A stretch of 64,000 bases of DNA from an uncultured Anaerolineae bacterium (GTDB lineage: Bacteria > Chloroflexota > Anaerolineae > Aggregatilineales > J027): NCBI GenBank assembly GCA_964639245.1, contig CAZXCU010000001.1, forward strand, positions 936,771 to 1,000,770. Direction: 5' to 3'. The notes beneath the pieces are model-generated. The model was not told where the DNA came from and ran no database searches. It saw only the letters and a program-made list of their open reading frames with translations. The stretch's first letter is position 1; the number at the start of each line of letters is the position of its first letter. The position numbers and the translations under genes were made by a program. Positions 8,561 to 17,433 of this stretch are shown in pieces.

Positions 8561-9644
8561 GACCAAAAAACTCTTTTTTGCGGTAGTCATCGCCGTCCTT
8601 TTGGTTGGAATGCTGCCCACGGTTTCTGCTCAAGACATGGAAATTGCCAGTGTTTGCCTTGTGACTGACGTAGGCCGTATTAACGACGGGACATTCAACC
8701 AGTACGCTTACGAAGGCATGGAAGCGGCTGCGGATGACCTCGAACTCGATACCACCTACATTGAAACCACCGCCCAGACCGACTATGCCAACAATATTGA
8801 TACTTGTTTGCAAGAAGGCTACGATATTATTGTGACTGTCGGCTTCCTCTTGGCAGATGCCACCAAGGTAGCTGCGGAAGCCAACCCCGAAACCTATTTC
8901 ATCGGCGTTGACCAGTTTTTGGCGGATGGCCCCACCAACTACGTGGGTATCCAATTCCGTGAAGACCAAGCGGGCTTTTTGGTCGGTTACATTGCCTCCC
9001 TCGTGACCGAATCCAATGTGGTGGCGGGTGTGTACGGGCTGGATATTCCGCCTGTGGTTAAATTCCGCAATGGCTTTGAAATGGGTGTGGCTTACGGTGA
9101 AGCCGAATCTGGTGAAACCATCGAAAAACTCGGCGTGTACATTGACGATTTTGTCGCCCCTGACCGTGGTGCTTCCGCCGCTGAACAGTTCATCGGTGAA
9201 GGCGCAGATGTCATCTTCGGTGCAGGTGGTCAGACTGGTTCCGGCGGTATTCTTGCTGCGGCGGGTCAGGGAGTTTACGTGATTGGCGTTGACCAAGATG
9301 AATATTTCACCACCTTCGGTGAAGGCGAAACCCCCGGTGCCGAATATATCATCACCAGCGCTCTCAAACGGGTTGACGTGGGTGTCTACGATATGATTGC
9401 CGCGTTGGTCAACGGCGAAATGGATAGCTTCCCCGGTGGTAGCATCTACGTTTTGGATGTTGCCAATGGTGGTATCACCTTCGCTGAAAAACACGATGCC
9501 GATATTGATGATGCCGTGTACGAAGCGGCGGCGGCTGTCCAAGAAATGTTGGCGGCTGGCGAACTCGAAACCGGTGTTGACCCGGTGACGGGCGAAATGT
9601 TGGAAATGGGTGTTGAAGCGACTCCTGAATCCTCCGGCGGGTAA
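8559..9644 (+). CDS. BMP-family (PnrA-like) ABC transporter substrate-binding protein, paralog 2
   Basis: Same length (361 aa) as 6859..7944. Long shared blocks: SVCLVTDxGRINDGTFNQ, ELDTTxIETxAQTDY, IGVDQDEYFTTFGxGETPGAE, ALKRVDVGVYDMIAA. Confidence 0.85.
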   Translation: MTKKLFFAVVIAVLLVGMLPTVSAQDMEIASVCLVTDVGRINDGTFNQYAYEGMEAAADDLELDTTYIETTAQTDYANNIDTCLQEGYDIIVTVGFLLADATKVAAEANPETYFIGVDQFLADGPTNYVGIQFREDQAGFLVGYIASLVTESNVVAGVYGLDIPPVVKFRNGFEMGVAYGEAESGETIEKLGVYIDDFVAPDRGASAAEQFIGEGADVIFGAGGQTGSGGILAAAGQGVYVIGVDQDEYFTTFGEGETPGAEYIITSALKRVDVGVYDMIAALVNGEMDSFPGGSIYVLDVANGGITFAEKHDADIDDAVYEAAAAVQEMLAAGELETGVDPVTGEMLEMGVEATPESSGG

Positions 9645-9698
9645 GCCTCTTTTTCTGTAACGAGGGGTTTTGACCCCTTATCCGACCATGTTTTCTAA

Positions 9699-9732
9699 AT
9701 GGGCAGGCAAAGCGCTTGCCCATTTTTGTTTT
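9699..9732 (+). terminator. Rho-independent terminator after BMP paralog 2
   Basis: Stem ATGGGCA (9699-9705) / TGCCCAT (9717-9723) with extra inner pairs, followed by TTTTTGTTTT. Confidence 0.7.
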
Positions 9733-9949
9733 ACTGGCATTTTCTTCGTGCTTTGTCCGGTAAATTCTTTCGCCGGGTAGGTGACAGACGGCGTACCGTC
9801 TGTTTCTGACACCCCAGAAGCCACATCCGCTATACTGATTCTCGGAGTATAGCGGAGTCCGAGTCTCCCGTCTCCAACTTTTGGCGGATTGACTCTGGGG
9901 GGCATTTTTCCATACACTCAAAGAGATTGTGAAAAAAGGAACAAGCAAC

Positions 9950-11233
9950 ATGGCGCAACGTCCGAAAGTTCTCATTCTTGGTGCAGGGTTTGGCGGTCTC
10001 TTTGCCGCATGGAAATTGGCGAATCAACCTGTGGATGTTCTCATCGTAGACCGCAATAACTTTCACACCTTTACTCCCTTGCTGTATCAAGTGGCGACCT
10101 GTGCGCTTGACCCCAGTGAAATTGCCTATCCGGTGCGGGGTATTTTCCGTGACAAAAAAAATATTCACTTTCTGCTGGCGGAAATCACCGCAATTGACCC
10201 GAACAAGCGCCAGGTGACCCTCAAAAGCAACAGCCACGAACGCGAGGAATCCTACGATTATTTAATTGTGGCAACGGGCAGTGTACCGACCTATTTTGGT
10301 AATGCCCATTTCCGCGACCATGCTTTTGAGCTTCGCACGTTGGATGATGCCGTGCAGCTACGGAATCATGTGCTGAAATGCTTGGAACGCGCCGCATGGT
10401 CAGAAAATAATGTGGATGAGCAGAAATCGCTTTCGACGATTGTCGTGGTGGGGGGTGGCCCGACTGGATTAGAAACGGCAGGCGCGGTGTATGAACTGTA
10501 CAACCACGTTTTGAAAAACGAATTTTCTGCCTATCCTGATTTAAAAGCGCGGGTGATTCTGGTCGAGGCGCTGCCCCACCTGCTGACTCCCTATCCCGAA
10601 GGGCTGCGCGACTCCGCCAAAAAACAACTTGAATCTTTGGGGGTGGAGGTCATTTTGAACAATCCCGTGCAGGAGGTCGCCAGCGACCATCTCACCCTTA
10701 AAGATGGGCGGGTGATTCAAACGCATACGCTGGTCTGGGCTGCCGGGGTCAAAGCCTCGCCGGTTGCGCGGATGTTGGGGGTGGAGTTGCAGAAAAACGG
10801 CACGATTCCGATTGAACCAACGACGCAGGTGCAAGGGCTGGAACGGATTTACGCGGTGGGCGATATTGCCCACTTGCTTGACCCGAAAAATCAGCCTTAT
10901 GCGATGGTGATTCCGGTTGCCAAACAGCAGGGGATGTTGGCGGCGGAAAACATTCTGCGGGACATCAACGGCGAACAACCCAAACATTTCAAATACATTG
11001 ACCGGGGCATCATGGCGACCATCGGACGGCGACGGGCAGTAGCATGGCTGTTTTATAAAATTCGGCTGACGGGGTATCTGGCGTGGGCGGTGTGGCTAGG
11101 ATTGCACATTGTCACGCTGATGGGCTTTCGTAATCGGCTGAATGTGTTTGTCAATTGGGTGTGGAATTATCTGACCTATGACCGTTCGGTGCGGATTATC
11201 CTTGAACCCGAACCTGTCGCTGAGGATTGGTAA
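9950..11233 (+). CDS. ndh: Type II NADH dehydrogenase (NDH-2) / FAD-dependent pyridine nucleotide-disulfide oxidoreductase
   Basis: ATG 9950; GTG 9929 is also possible. Two Rossmann motifs ILGAGFGG and VVGGGPTGLE, plus AVGDIAHL and a hydrophobic C-terminal tail. Confidence 0.8.
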   Translation: MAQRPKVLILGAGFGGLFAAWKLANQPVDVLIVDRNNFHTFTPLLYQVATCALDPSEIAYPVRGIFRDKKNIHFLLAEITAIDPNKRQVTLKSNSHEREESYDYLIVATGSVPTYFGNAHFRDHAFELRTLDDAVQLRNHVLKCLERAAWSENNVDEQKSLSTIVVVGGGPTGLETAGAVYELYNHVLKNEFSAYPDLKARVILVEALPHLLTPYPEGLRDSAKKQLESLGVEVILNNPVQEVASDHLTLKDGRVIQTHTLVWAAGVKASPVARMLGVELQKNGTIPIEPTTQVQGLERIYAVGDIAHLLDPKNQPYAMVIPVAKQQGMLAAENILRDINGEQPKHFKYIDRGIMATIGRRRAVAWLFYKIRLTGYLAWAVWLGLHIVTLMGFRNRLNVFVNWVWNYLTYDRSVRIILEPEPVAEDW

Positions 11234-11264
11234 AAAGGCATTTAACAATTCGCCCCGATTTTTT

Positions 11265-11301
11265 ATGTACGGGCGCGGTGTGTGACCCGCCTAGGCATGT
11301 A
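11265..11301. repeat. Single hairpin unit GTACGGGCG-N-TGACCCGCC flanked by ATGTAC/GTACAT
   Basis: TGTACGGGCGCGGTGTGTGACCCGCC closely matches the unit TGTACGGGCGTGGTCTATGACCCGCC found inside the larger repeats at 33.9 kb and 50.7 kb. Confidence 0.45.
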
Positions 11302-11340
11302 CATACAATTTCCGTTTCAAATTTCCTCCCCCTATAGAGA

Positions 11341-11369
11341 CAAAAAAGAGGAGGCCAACACGCCTCCTC
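11341..11369 (-). terminator. Rho-independent terminator of the protease gene (between convergent genes)
   Basis: Stem GAGGAGGC (11348-11355) / GCCTCCTC (11362-11369). On the minus strand it is followed by a TTTTTT run (plus-strand A run 11342-11347). It lies 24 nt past the stop at 11393. Confidence 0.8.
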
Positions 11370-11392
11370 CTGTACAGTTTTTGAGAGATTGA

Positions 11393-14300
11393 TTATTCGG
11401 CGGGGGAGTCCGAAATCTCAATCTCAAAACCGTCCAACATTACGTCAAAAACTTGACGGGTCAGTTGTTCTGCTTCCGCCTCCGGTGCTTCAAACCACAG
11501 CGCATAGGCCACCCCCTCATACAGCATCACGTTCATCCGACCCAACACCGGGCCAACATCCCCGTTATAGCGGTAGAGAATCGTTTCCCATGTATAACTT
11601 TCGCCATAGTAGGTTTCGCGTCCGAGTTCTTGATAGTCCGGCGAATAGGGAATGACCGATTCGGCCATGAGTTGTTCAAGGGTTGCGTTGGCATCGGTGC
11701 TGTCAATCGCGGTATAGGCCGCCGCCCGGTAAACCACGCCATCCGCGTTAAATTCGTCTGGCGAGTAGAAATTCCAAGGATCGCCTTCGGTGTAAATCCA
11801 ATCCTTTGGTGCGGAGAAGTTGATGTTATCGCCGTAATTTTCGCGCACCCAGAAACCTTTGTCCTCTGCACGAACCGCTGTAACATCAAAGAAGGTGGTT
11901 TCTAGGAGCAGCGTATAGAGATACTCGTTGTCCAAGCCTTCTTGCGATTCCGCTGCAAAGACCAAGCCGAGTTCCAGATTTTCAATGTAAACCGCAAAGG
12001 CTTTGCCTACATAGGGTGTGCTATCGATGAAATAGGTATAGGTAAATTCCAATGCAGGCAGTCCACCCACCGTGATGGGGACAAAGGGCGTGCCATCGAG
12101 GGTCATGTTGTATTTGGTGGCTGTGCGGTTCAAGATGGCTTCCAAATCGGCGCTGGTTGCTTCGTAATCGGGGTAAACGAACATATATTGGGTGCTGTCC
12201 AAGGTGCTGGTTTGCAGCCAATCGCTGTCCGGGAAGTACGACACATCAAACCAATCGGCGGGGTGGAGCAGTTGGAAGCCCCAATCGTAATCCAGATAGC
12301 CGCGCAGGGTCTGGTCAACATTGGTGTTGTCTACGGTGACATCAGTGGAGTCAAATCCGGTCAACCCGCCGAACGCCTCAACCAGAAAGCCGAGTTTATA
12401 GCTGCCACTGGGGGCGGGGGCATCAAAATAGCTCACGCCGCCTTCTACCCATGTATAGGTGTTGCCGGGTTCGACAATCACGCGCCCATCGGGGGAAACT
12501 TTGGACTGGTACACCTGGAACAACCCGCCGGCTTCCGGTTTAATATCCGCAAGGGCGCTGCCGCCGCCAGTGTCACGGGCAATCATCTGGGCAGCGACTC
12601 CGTTATCGTCAAAAATGATGGTCACATCCTGCCATGAATCGCTGCCGGGGTACTGATAACGACCACCGAGTGAAGCTGTGCTATCTACTGCGAATTGCAC
12701 GGGTTCAAAATTCGTTGTTGTGCCGTCGGTGAGCATCGCCAGCGTGACTTCCCATGTGAAGTTGATTTCATTCACACCGGATTCCCATTCATTGACGTAA
12801 TCTACCACGCCATCAATGACTTTTTCGATGACCACATTGGATTCATCCAGACGGATCATTTCGCCGTTGTCCTGCACAAGATCAACCGTGAATTTCACCT
12901 GTGCGATGTTCCGCCCGACGACTTCCATCGCCACAATCGTCGGTTGGGTGTAGCTGGTCACGCTCGGATACACATTCGTCACGGCCACTTGCGGAATGAC
13001 ACTTGGCGCATTGGTATTCGACATGACCGGGGCAGGGGTTGCGCCCGCAGGCGGTGCAATGGATGAGGCACGCGGGTTGACCACGCCGTAATAATTCCGC
13101 AGCATTTCTGCCCAACTGAGCAGCGGACTCTGGTCAAAATAGTCAAAAGTGAAATCGGTACTGCGTGCCGGGAAATACACATTGTAGTAGGACGTGTAAT
13201 TTTTGAGGTGTGTCCCGGATGTGCTGTACATCAACGCCCCGGAGAGCGCATCTATTACCCCTTGTGACGCATCGGTCAGGGCTTGGTCACGCGAGATTTT
13301 GAGGACTTCATTCATGAAATCCCCCAGATCCATATTCGTGGCGGGGCCAAATTGATCTTCTGGCAGGAAGAAGGAGTAGACATAGGTATTGGAACGGGCT
13401 TGCCCCAACAGTGACCCATACGCATCAGGATTTTGGGCGATGACGCTGGTGAAGTTGTTAACCGCTTGCAACACCGTATCAAATTGGCGTAAATCGGTCA
13501 CAGCCGCGCCAAGCACCGGCAGCAAATCGGGCGAGACTTCTTCCATATCCGCCATGTATTTATCCACCAACAACTGCCCCAATTGCGCCATGTCAATGTT
13601 GGGGTTGCTGTTGAGGGTGTTGGTCAGCACTTCCATATCAAAGCTGGGATTGAGGGTGATTTCGGGCGAACTGACGACAAAATCAAAAAATTCTGCCATC
13701 GCCGCGTAATATTCCACGCTGCTCATCAAACAGGCATCGTTAATCAGCAGGTCAAATTTAGGCACGCCTGTGGCCTGTAACGCGGTGCGGAATGAATTTT
13801 GCAGGGTGGGGATGTTCAAAATGCTGTACGAAGTATCGTCCGTGACAATGCCTGTCCATGCCCCGCCGTGATTGTTCAGCACCACCGAATAATGGTCAGC
13901 CGGATAGGTTTGCATCCCCCAGATGAGGAACTGCGTCAGATTATCGCCGTAACCGGAGTCGAGTTCGCCCAGATCCACCATTTCAACCGTGTCAATGGTC
14001 GGGGTGTTAAATCCGTCATTGTCTTTGGAGGTGTCCGGGGTAACTTCAAAAATGCGTGTGCCTGTCCAGTCGCCGTTGGTATCGTCATATTCATCCGAAC
14101 GATCCATAAAGACGATGATTCGCACATTTTCGGTGCTGCCGCCTGCCAGTTCAAATTCGTTCAGGTCGTTTAGCAACCCCTGTTCAAGGTTATTATCCGC
14201 CCCCAGATAGGCCAGAATCGTCCAATCCGCTTTTGCCATGGCGGTCATGGTGGGATAGCCGCTTGCGCTGGGATCAGGGATATTGGTTGCACCCGCATTA

Positions 14301-15781
14301 TTATTCGGGAGGGCAATGCCACCCCCGCTGATACTCACCGACAATTCAAAGGTGCCGCTGGTTTTGCCCGTTTCAAACCCGTAACGGGTCACGAGGACGG
14401 TGTAATCGCCGGGTTGTGCGTTGGGATATTCAATCAACGAGTCGGTGATGCCCTGTTCGCGGTCATCATTTTCTGCAACGAGGGTATCGCCATAGAACAG
14501 CGCGAGGTAGGCATCCAAATCGCCGCTAATGGCGCGTAAATCCAGCGTGATTGTCGCCCCTTTAGCAACGGCGGGCAGGGGATATTCCAGCGCGTAGGTG
14601 GTGTTATCCAGTGAACCTGTCGTCACATCGCCAACCGGGTCTTCGTTGGAAACCAGCGTCGTATCCCCACCATCATCCACGATGCCCTGTGTCACCGTGA
14701 GGGTATATTCGCCCGGACGGTAAGCTGTGACCGCCACAAAATATTGACCGTTGGCGGGCAGGGTGGTGTCAATCAGAGAGTTCAAATTATCGGCGGAAAT
14801 ATCGTCATTTTCCGCAAGGAGATTACCCGCCGCGTCAAACAGCGACGCATAGGTATCAACTTGGGCGCTTTCCACCAGAATTTGAATCGCGTCCCCGGCG
14901 CTGCCCTGAAAATCATAAATAACCGGTTCAGTGAACACGGTTGCTGTCCCGGTGACGGGGGTGTTAAAAGCGACGGGTGTGCTATCAATTTCCGTTTGTT
15001 GGCTTGTATCTGTCGGAGTGCTGGTCGTGCCGCCCGCCAGATTCACCGTGATTTGAAAATCGCCTGCGGTATAGCCCGCCACTGCGAGTAAATATGTGCC
15101 AGAAGTGGGGAGGGTATATTCAACACGGGCATTCAAATTGTTGTTTGCCGCGTCAATATCGTCATTTTCCGCCAGCAGGGAGGCATTGGCATCGCCAAAT
15201 TGCAGGTAGGTATCCACACCGCTTGCGCTGCTGGTTTCCGCCACAATCTGGTCGCCTTCATTCCCTTGAAAGCTGTAAAACGTATAGGTATTGATGTCGA
15301 TGGTTTGCCCGCTTGCCACCTGCCCATAACTGATTTGAATGGGGTTGTCCGGCGTGCCAGTACCCGCCTGTAAATTTCCGCCTGTGCTGGTGGTTCCGGC
15401 AGGGCCAGTCAGGGTCAGGGTATAGTCGGCGGGGGAATAGGTCGAAACGGCAACAAGATAACTGCCGTTGGCGGGGAGGGTATATTCAATCAGCGAATCT
15501 AAATTGCTGGTGCTAATGTCGTCGTGTTCCACCAGCAAATTCGCGTTGGCATCTCCCAACTGTAAAATCGAATCGCCGGGGCTGGATGCGCTTACCACAA
15601 TCGCATCCCCCGCATTGCCACTAAAGCTATAAAAATACCACTCACTTTTGTTGGTGGCGGCTGACTGTCCCGTGACGGTTTGCCCGTAGGCAATCGGGGC
15701 AGAATCCACCTGCCGTGCGCTCACCGAATAGGGGATGCTCACTAGCAGGATGAACAGGAGAAGAAGAAAAAATTTACGCAT
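11393..15781 (-). CDS. Giant secreted clostripain-family (C11) cysteine peptidase with four N-terminal PPC-like repeats
   Basis: Trimmed to ATG 15781 (MRKFFLLLLFILLVSIPYSVSA). Four roughly 100-aa repeats carry the pattern YxFxGxAGD...LLAENDD...TLPxxGxYxVAV. C11 core: WTILAYLGADNNLE, His in VLNNHGGAW, Cys in LINDACLMSS. A roughly 650-aa C-terminal extension follows. Confidence 0.8.
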   Translation of the reverse strand: MRKFFLLLLFILLVSIPYSVSARQVDSAPIAYGQTVTGQSAATNKSEWYFYSFSGNAGDAIVVSASSPGDSILQLGDANANLLVEHDDISTSNLDSLIEYTLPANGSYLVAVSTYSPADYTLTLTGPAGTTSTGGNLQAGTGTPDNPIQISYGQVASGQTIDINTYTFYSFQGNEGDQIVAETSSASGVDTYLQFGDANASLLAENDDIDAANNNLNARVEYTLPTSGTYLLAVAGYTAGDFQITVNLAGGTTSTPTDTSQQTEIDSTPVAFNTPVTGTATVFTEPVIYDFQGSAGDAIQILVESAQVDTYASLFDAAGNLLAENDDISADNLNSLIDTTLPANGQYFVAVTAYRPGEYTLTVTQGIVDDGGDTTLVSNEDPVGDVTTGSLDNTTYALEYPLPAVAKGATITLDLRAISGDLDAYLALFYGDTLVAENDDREQGITDSLIEYPNAQPGDYTVLVTRYGFETGKTSGTFELSVSISGGGIALPNNNAGATNIPDPSASGYPTMTAMAKADWTILAYLGADNNLEQGLLNDLNEFELAGGSTENVRIIVFMDRSDEYDDTNGDWTGTRIFEVTPDTSKDNDGFNTPTIDTVEMVDLGELDSGYGDNLTQFLIWGMQTYPADHYSVVLNNHGGAWTGIVTDDTSYSILNIPTLQNSFRTALQATGVPKFDLLINDACLMSSVEYYAAMAEFFDFVVSSPEITLNPSFDMEVLTNTLNSNPNIDMAQLGQLLVDKYMADMEEVSPDLLPVLGAAVTDLRQFDTVLQAVNNFTSVIAQNPDAYGSLLGQARSNTYVYSFFLPEDQFGPATNMDLGDFMNEVLKISRDQALTDASQGVIDALSGALMYSTSGTHLKNYTSYYNVYFPARSTDFTFDYFDQSPLLSWAEMLRNYYGVVNPRASSIAPPAGATPAPVMSNTNAPSVIPQVAVTNVYPSVTSYTQPTIVAMEVVGRNIAQVKFTVDLVQDNGEMIRLDESNVVIEKVIDGVVDYVNEWESGVNEINFTWEVTLAMLTDGTTTNFEPVQFAVDSTASLGGRYQYPGSDSWQDVTIIFDDNGVAAQMIARDTGGGSALADIKPEAGGLFQVYQSKVSPDGRVIVEPGNTYTWVEGGVSYFDAPAPSGSYKLGFLVEAFGGLTGFDSTDVTVDNTNVDQTLRGYLDYDWGFQLLHPADWFDVSYFPDSDWLQTSTLDSTQYMFVYPDYEATSADLEAILNRTATKYNMTLDGTPFVPITVGGLPALEFTYTYFIDSTPYVGKAFAVYIENLELGLVFAAESQEGLDNEYLYTLLLETTFFDVTAVRAEDKGFWVRENYGDNINFSAPKDWIYTEGDPWNFYSPDEFNADGVVYRAAAYTAIDSTDANATLEQLMAESVIPYSPDYQELGRETYYGESYTWETILYRYNGDVGPVLGRMNVMLYEGVAYALWFEAPEAEAEQLTRQVFDVMLDGFEIEISDSPAE

Positions 15782-15919
15782 TTTCTCGTATCCGTGACTC
15801 ATTTTTCTTTTGTTTGTACACCATGTTCCCGTTTCTTGCACCCATTCTGCGGGAATTTTTTAGAAGTTTTTGCACCTCTCCGCTACAATGACCGCACCAA
15901 GGAAGATTGGAAAAAACGC

Positions 15920-17341
15920 ATGGGTCGATTCTTGTTGTTCCTGCTGCTCTTGGGCAGCATCATACAGGGTGCGGCAGCGCAGACCACCGCACGCGGCGAA
16001 GTCCTCTCCTATAACGCCACCAACAACGCGATGGTGTTAAGCCTGACGACCAGCGATTTACGCTATAACCAGATTCCGCTTTCCGGTGGGCTGCTCAGTA
16101 TCACCATTGATGGCACAACCCGCGAAGCCTATCTGCTGGAAGCCGAAAAAGCGACGGATAACCTGCTCAATGACATTCGCCTGACCGGATTTAACCCTGA
16201 TAATGACGGAAATCCGCTGGTGCTGCTAGTGGCGAATGGCGGAAGCGCCCTCCGCCATTTGACGGATGCCAACAACCCCATGCGAACCTTTAACGCGGAC
16301 GTAGGCGATTCGGTGCGGGTTGAATCCATCGCGCCGCCGCCTGTGCCACAGCCCCGCGAACAAACGATCACCATTACTACCCAGCAACCCGAAAAAGACT
16401 ACCTGACCTCCTTGAGCCGGATAGAAGCGGAAAATTTAGGCTTGTTTCCCGGCATTGGCGGCATGTTTGCATTTAACGCGGTTACACGGACTTTTTTGAT
16501 GATTGACGCAGCCGATTATTTTACCGCGCCCTACGCCGATTATTATTTTTATGCCCGTTCTACTGCGAACGAAGGCGATTTTGTCCACCTTGCCCCGCAC
16601 CCCTCCACCCCGGACGCGCCGACTCAACTTGGCATTGTTGGCGGGTCAAGCCTGACGCTTTCTTTCAACGGCTTCGCCTATGAGGAAGTTTCGGCGGGGG
16701 GTATCACTGCTTTGGAAGGCCAGCAAATTTTCACTGATATTGGTGCCGCCTATTTAGAAGACATTGCTGTTGCCCCCGGCGGGTATGTGAACCTCATCAT
16801 CAATGGGGTGGGACGGGCTGCGCTGGTGATGGATGCAGCCATGTACGAAAAAGCCCAGACCTCTGTCGGATTGTCCTCCAATTACATTTTGCTTACGCAG
16901 GAAAACGGTCTCTCCCTGATTTACACCATGAATGATGGACGCAGCATTGCCGAAATTTTCAATGCGGAACTTGGTTCGCGGGTCTGGATTCGCAAAGCCA
17001 AAGCGATTGAAACGATTGTGCGGGAAGAAGTCGTTGTGAAGGTCGTGTCCGAAATTGACCCCACAGGCTTTTTTTATCTGGATGTGTCCCCCTATGAACT
17101 CAGTTTTTTGAGTGTGCTAGTGGGGGAATATGTGGATGTGCAAATTAACGGCATTGCCTATCGTGCTAGGGTGGTGGACGATGAAACCCTCAGCACCGCC
17201 GCGCCCGAAGATGATATTTTGTTGTTCCTGCGCGAAAATTTCATCATCATTACCCATACGGTGGGCAACACGGTCACGGCAGAAGCGCGGTTTCAAGTCT
17301 CGGTGGGCGATCCGGTTGTGATTCAAGATGCCCCCAACTAA
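15920..17341 (+). CDS. Secreted hypothetical protein with three internal repeats
   Basis: Trimmed to ATG 15920 (MGRFLLFLLLLGSIIQGAAAQ signal). Repeated modules centre on ISITIDGTTREAYLLE, NLIINGVGRAALVMD and DVQINGIAYRARVVD. Each ends in a GDxVxV-like strand. Confidence 0.5.
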   Translation: MGRFLLFLLLLGSIIQGAAAQTTARGEVLSYNATNNAMVLSLTTSDLRYNQIPLSGGLLSITIDGTTREAYLLEAEKATDNLLNDIRLTGFNPDNDGNPLVLLVANGGSALRHLTDANNPMRTFNADVGDSVRVESIAPPPVPQPREQTITITTQQPEKDYLTSLSRIEAENLGLFPGIGGMFAFNAVTRTFLMIDAADYFTAPYADYYFYARSTANEGDFVHLAPHPSTPDAPTQLGIVGGSSLTLSFNGFAYEEVSAGGITALEGQQIFTDIGAAYLEDIAVAPGGYVNLIINGVGRAALVMDAAMYEKAQTSVGLSSNYILLTQENGLSLIYTMNDGRSIAEIFNAELGSRVWIRKAKAIETIVREEVVVKVVSEIDPTGFFYLDVSPYELSFLSVLVGEYVDVQINGIAYRARVVDDETLSTAAPEDDILLFLRENFIIITHTVGNTVTAEARFQVSVGDPVVIQDAPN

Positions 17342-17433
17342 CCGCTTCTTTAATTTCCGCCAAAAGTCCTAGAATAGAGAAGGAACAAAATGGTGTACCC
17401 TCACGTTCCTGCTCAATAGATGGAGGGCAAATC

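Noticed and set aside
8054-8620. 188-aa minus-strand ORF and several other ORFs overlapping the acidic-protein gene. Comparable ORFs at 32431..32918 overlap the cytochrome c linker.
   Set aside because: Low-complexity GA/CT-rich coding repeats keep several frames open. Only the plus-strand frames have an SD, a signal peptide and TM or haem motifs.
9806-9836. CTGACA-19 nt-TATACT promoter-like element upstream of ndh, as a possible fourth MerR-type promoter.
   Set aside because: The spacer has no dyad resembling either MerR operator. The TATACT also forms one arm of a 10-bp hairpin, so the hexamer match is likely incidental.
14300-15700. Periodic ~300-nt DNA repeats that could suggest a repeat array.
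   Set aside because: They are in-frame coding repeats for the four PPC-like domains of the protease. The spacing and lack of short direct repeats are incompatible with a CRISPR array.
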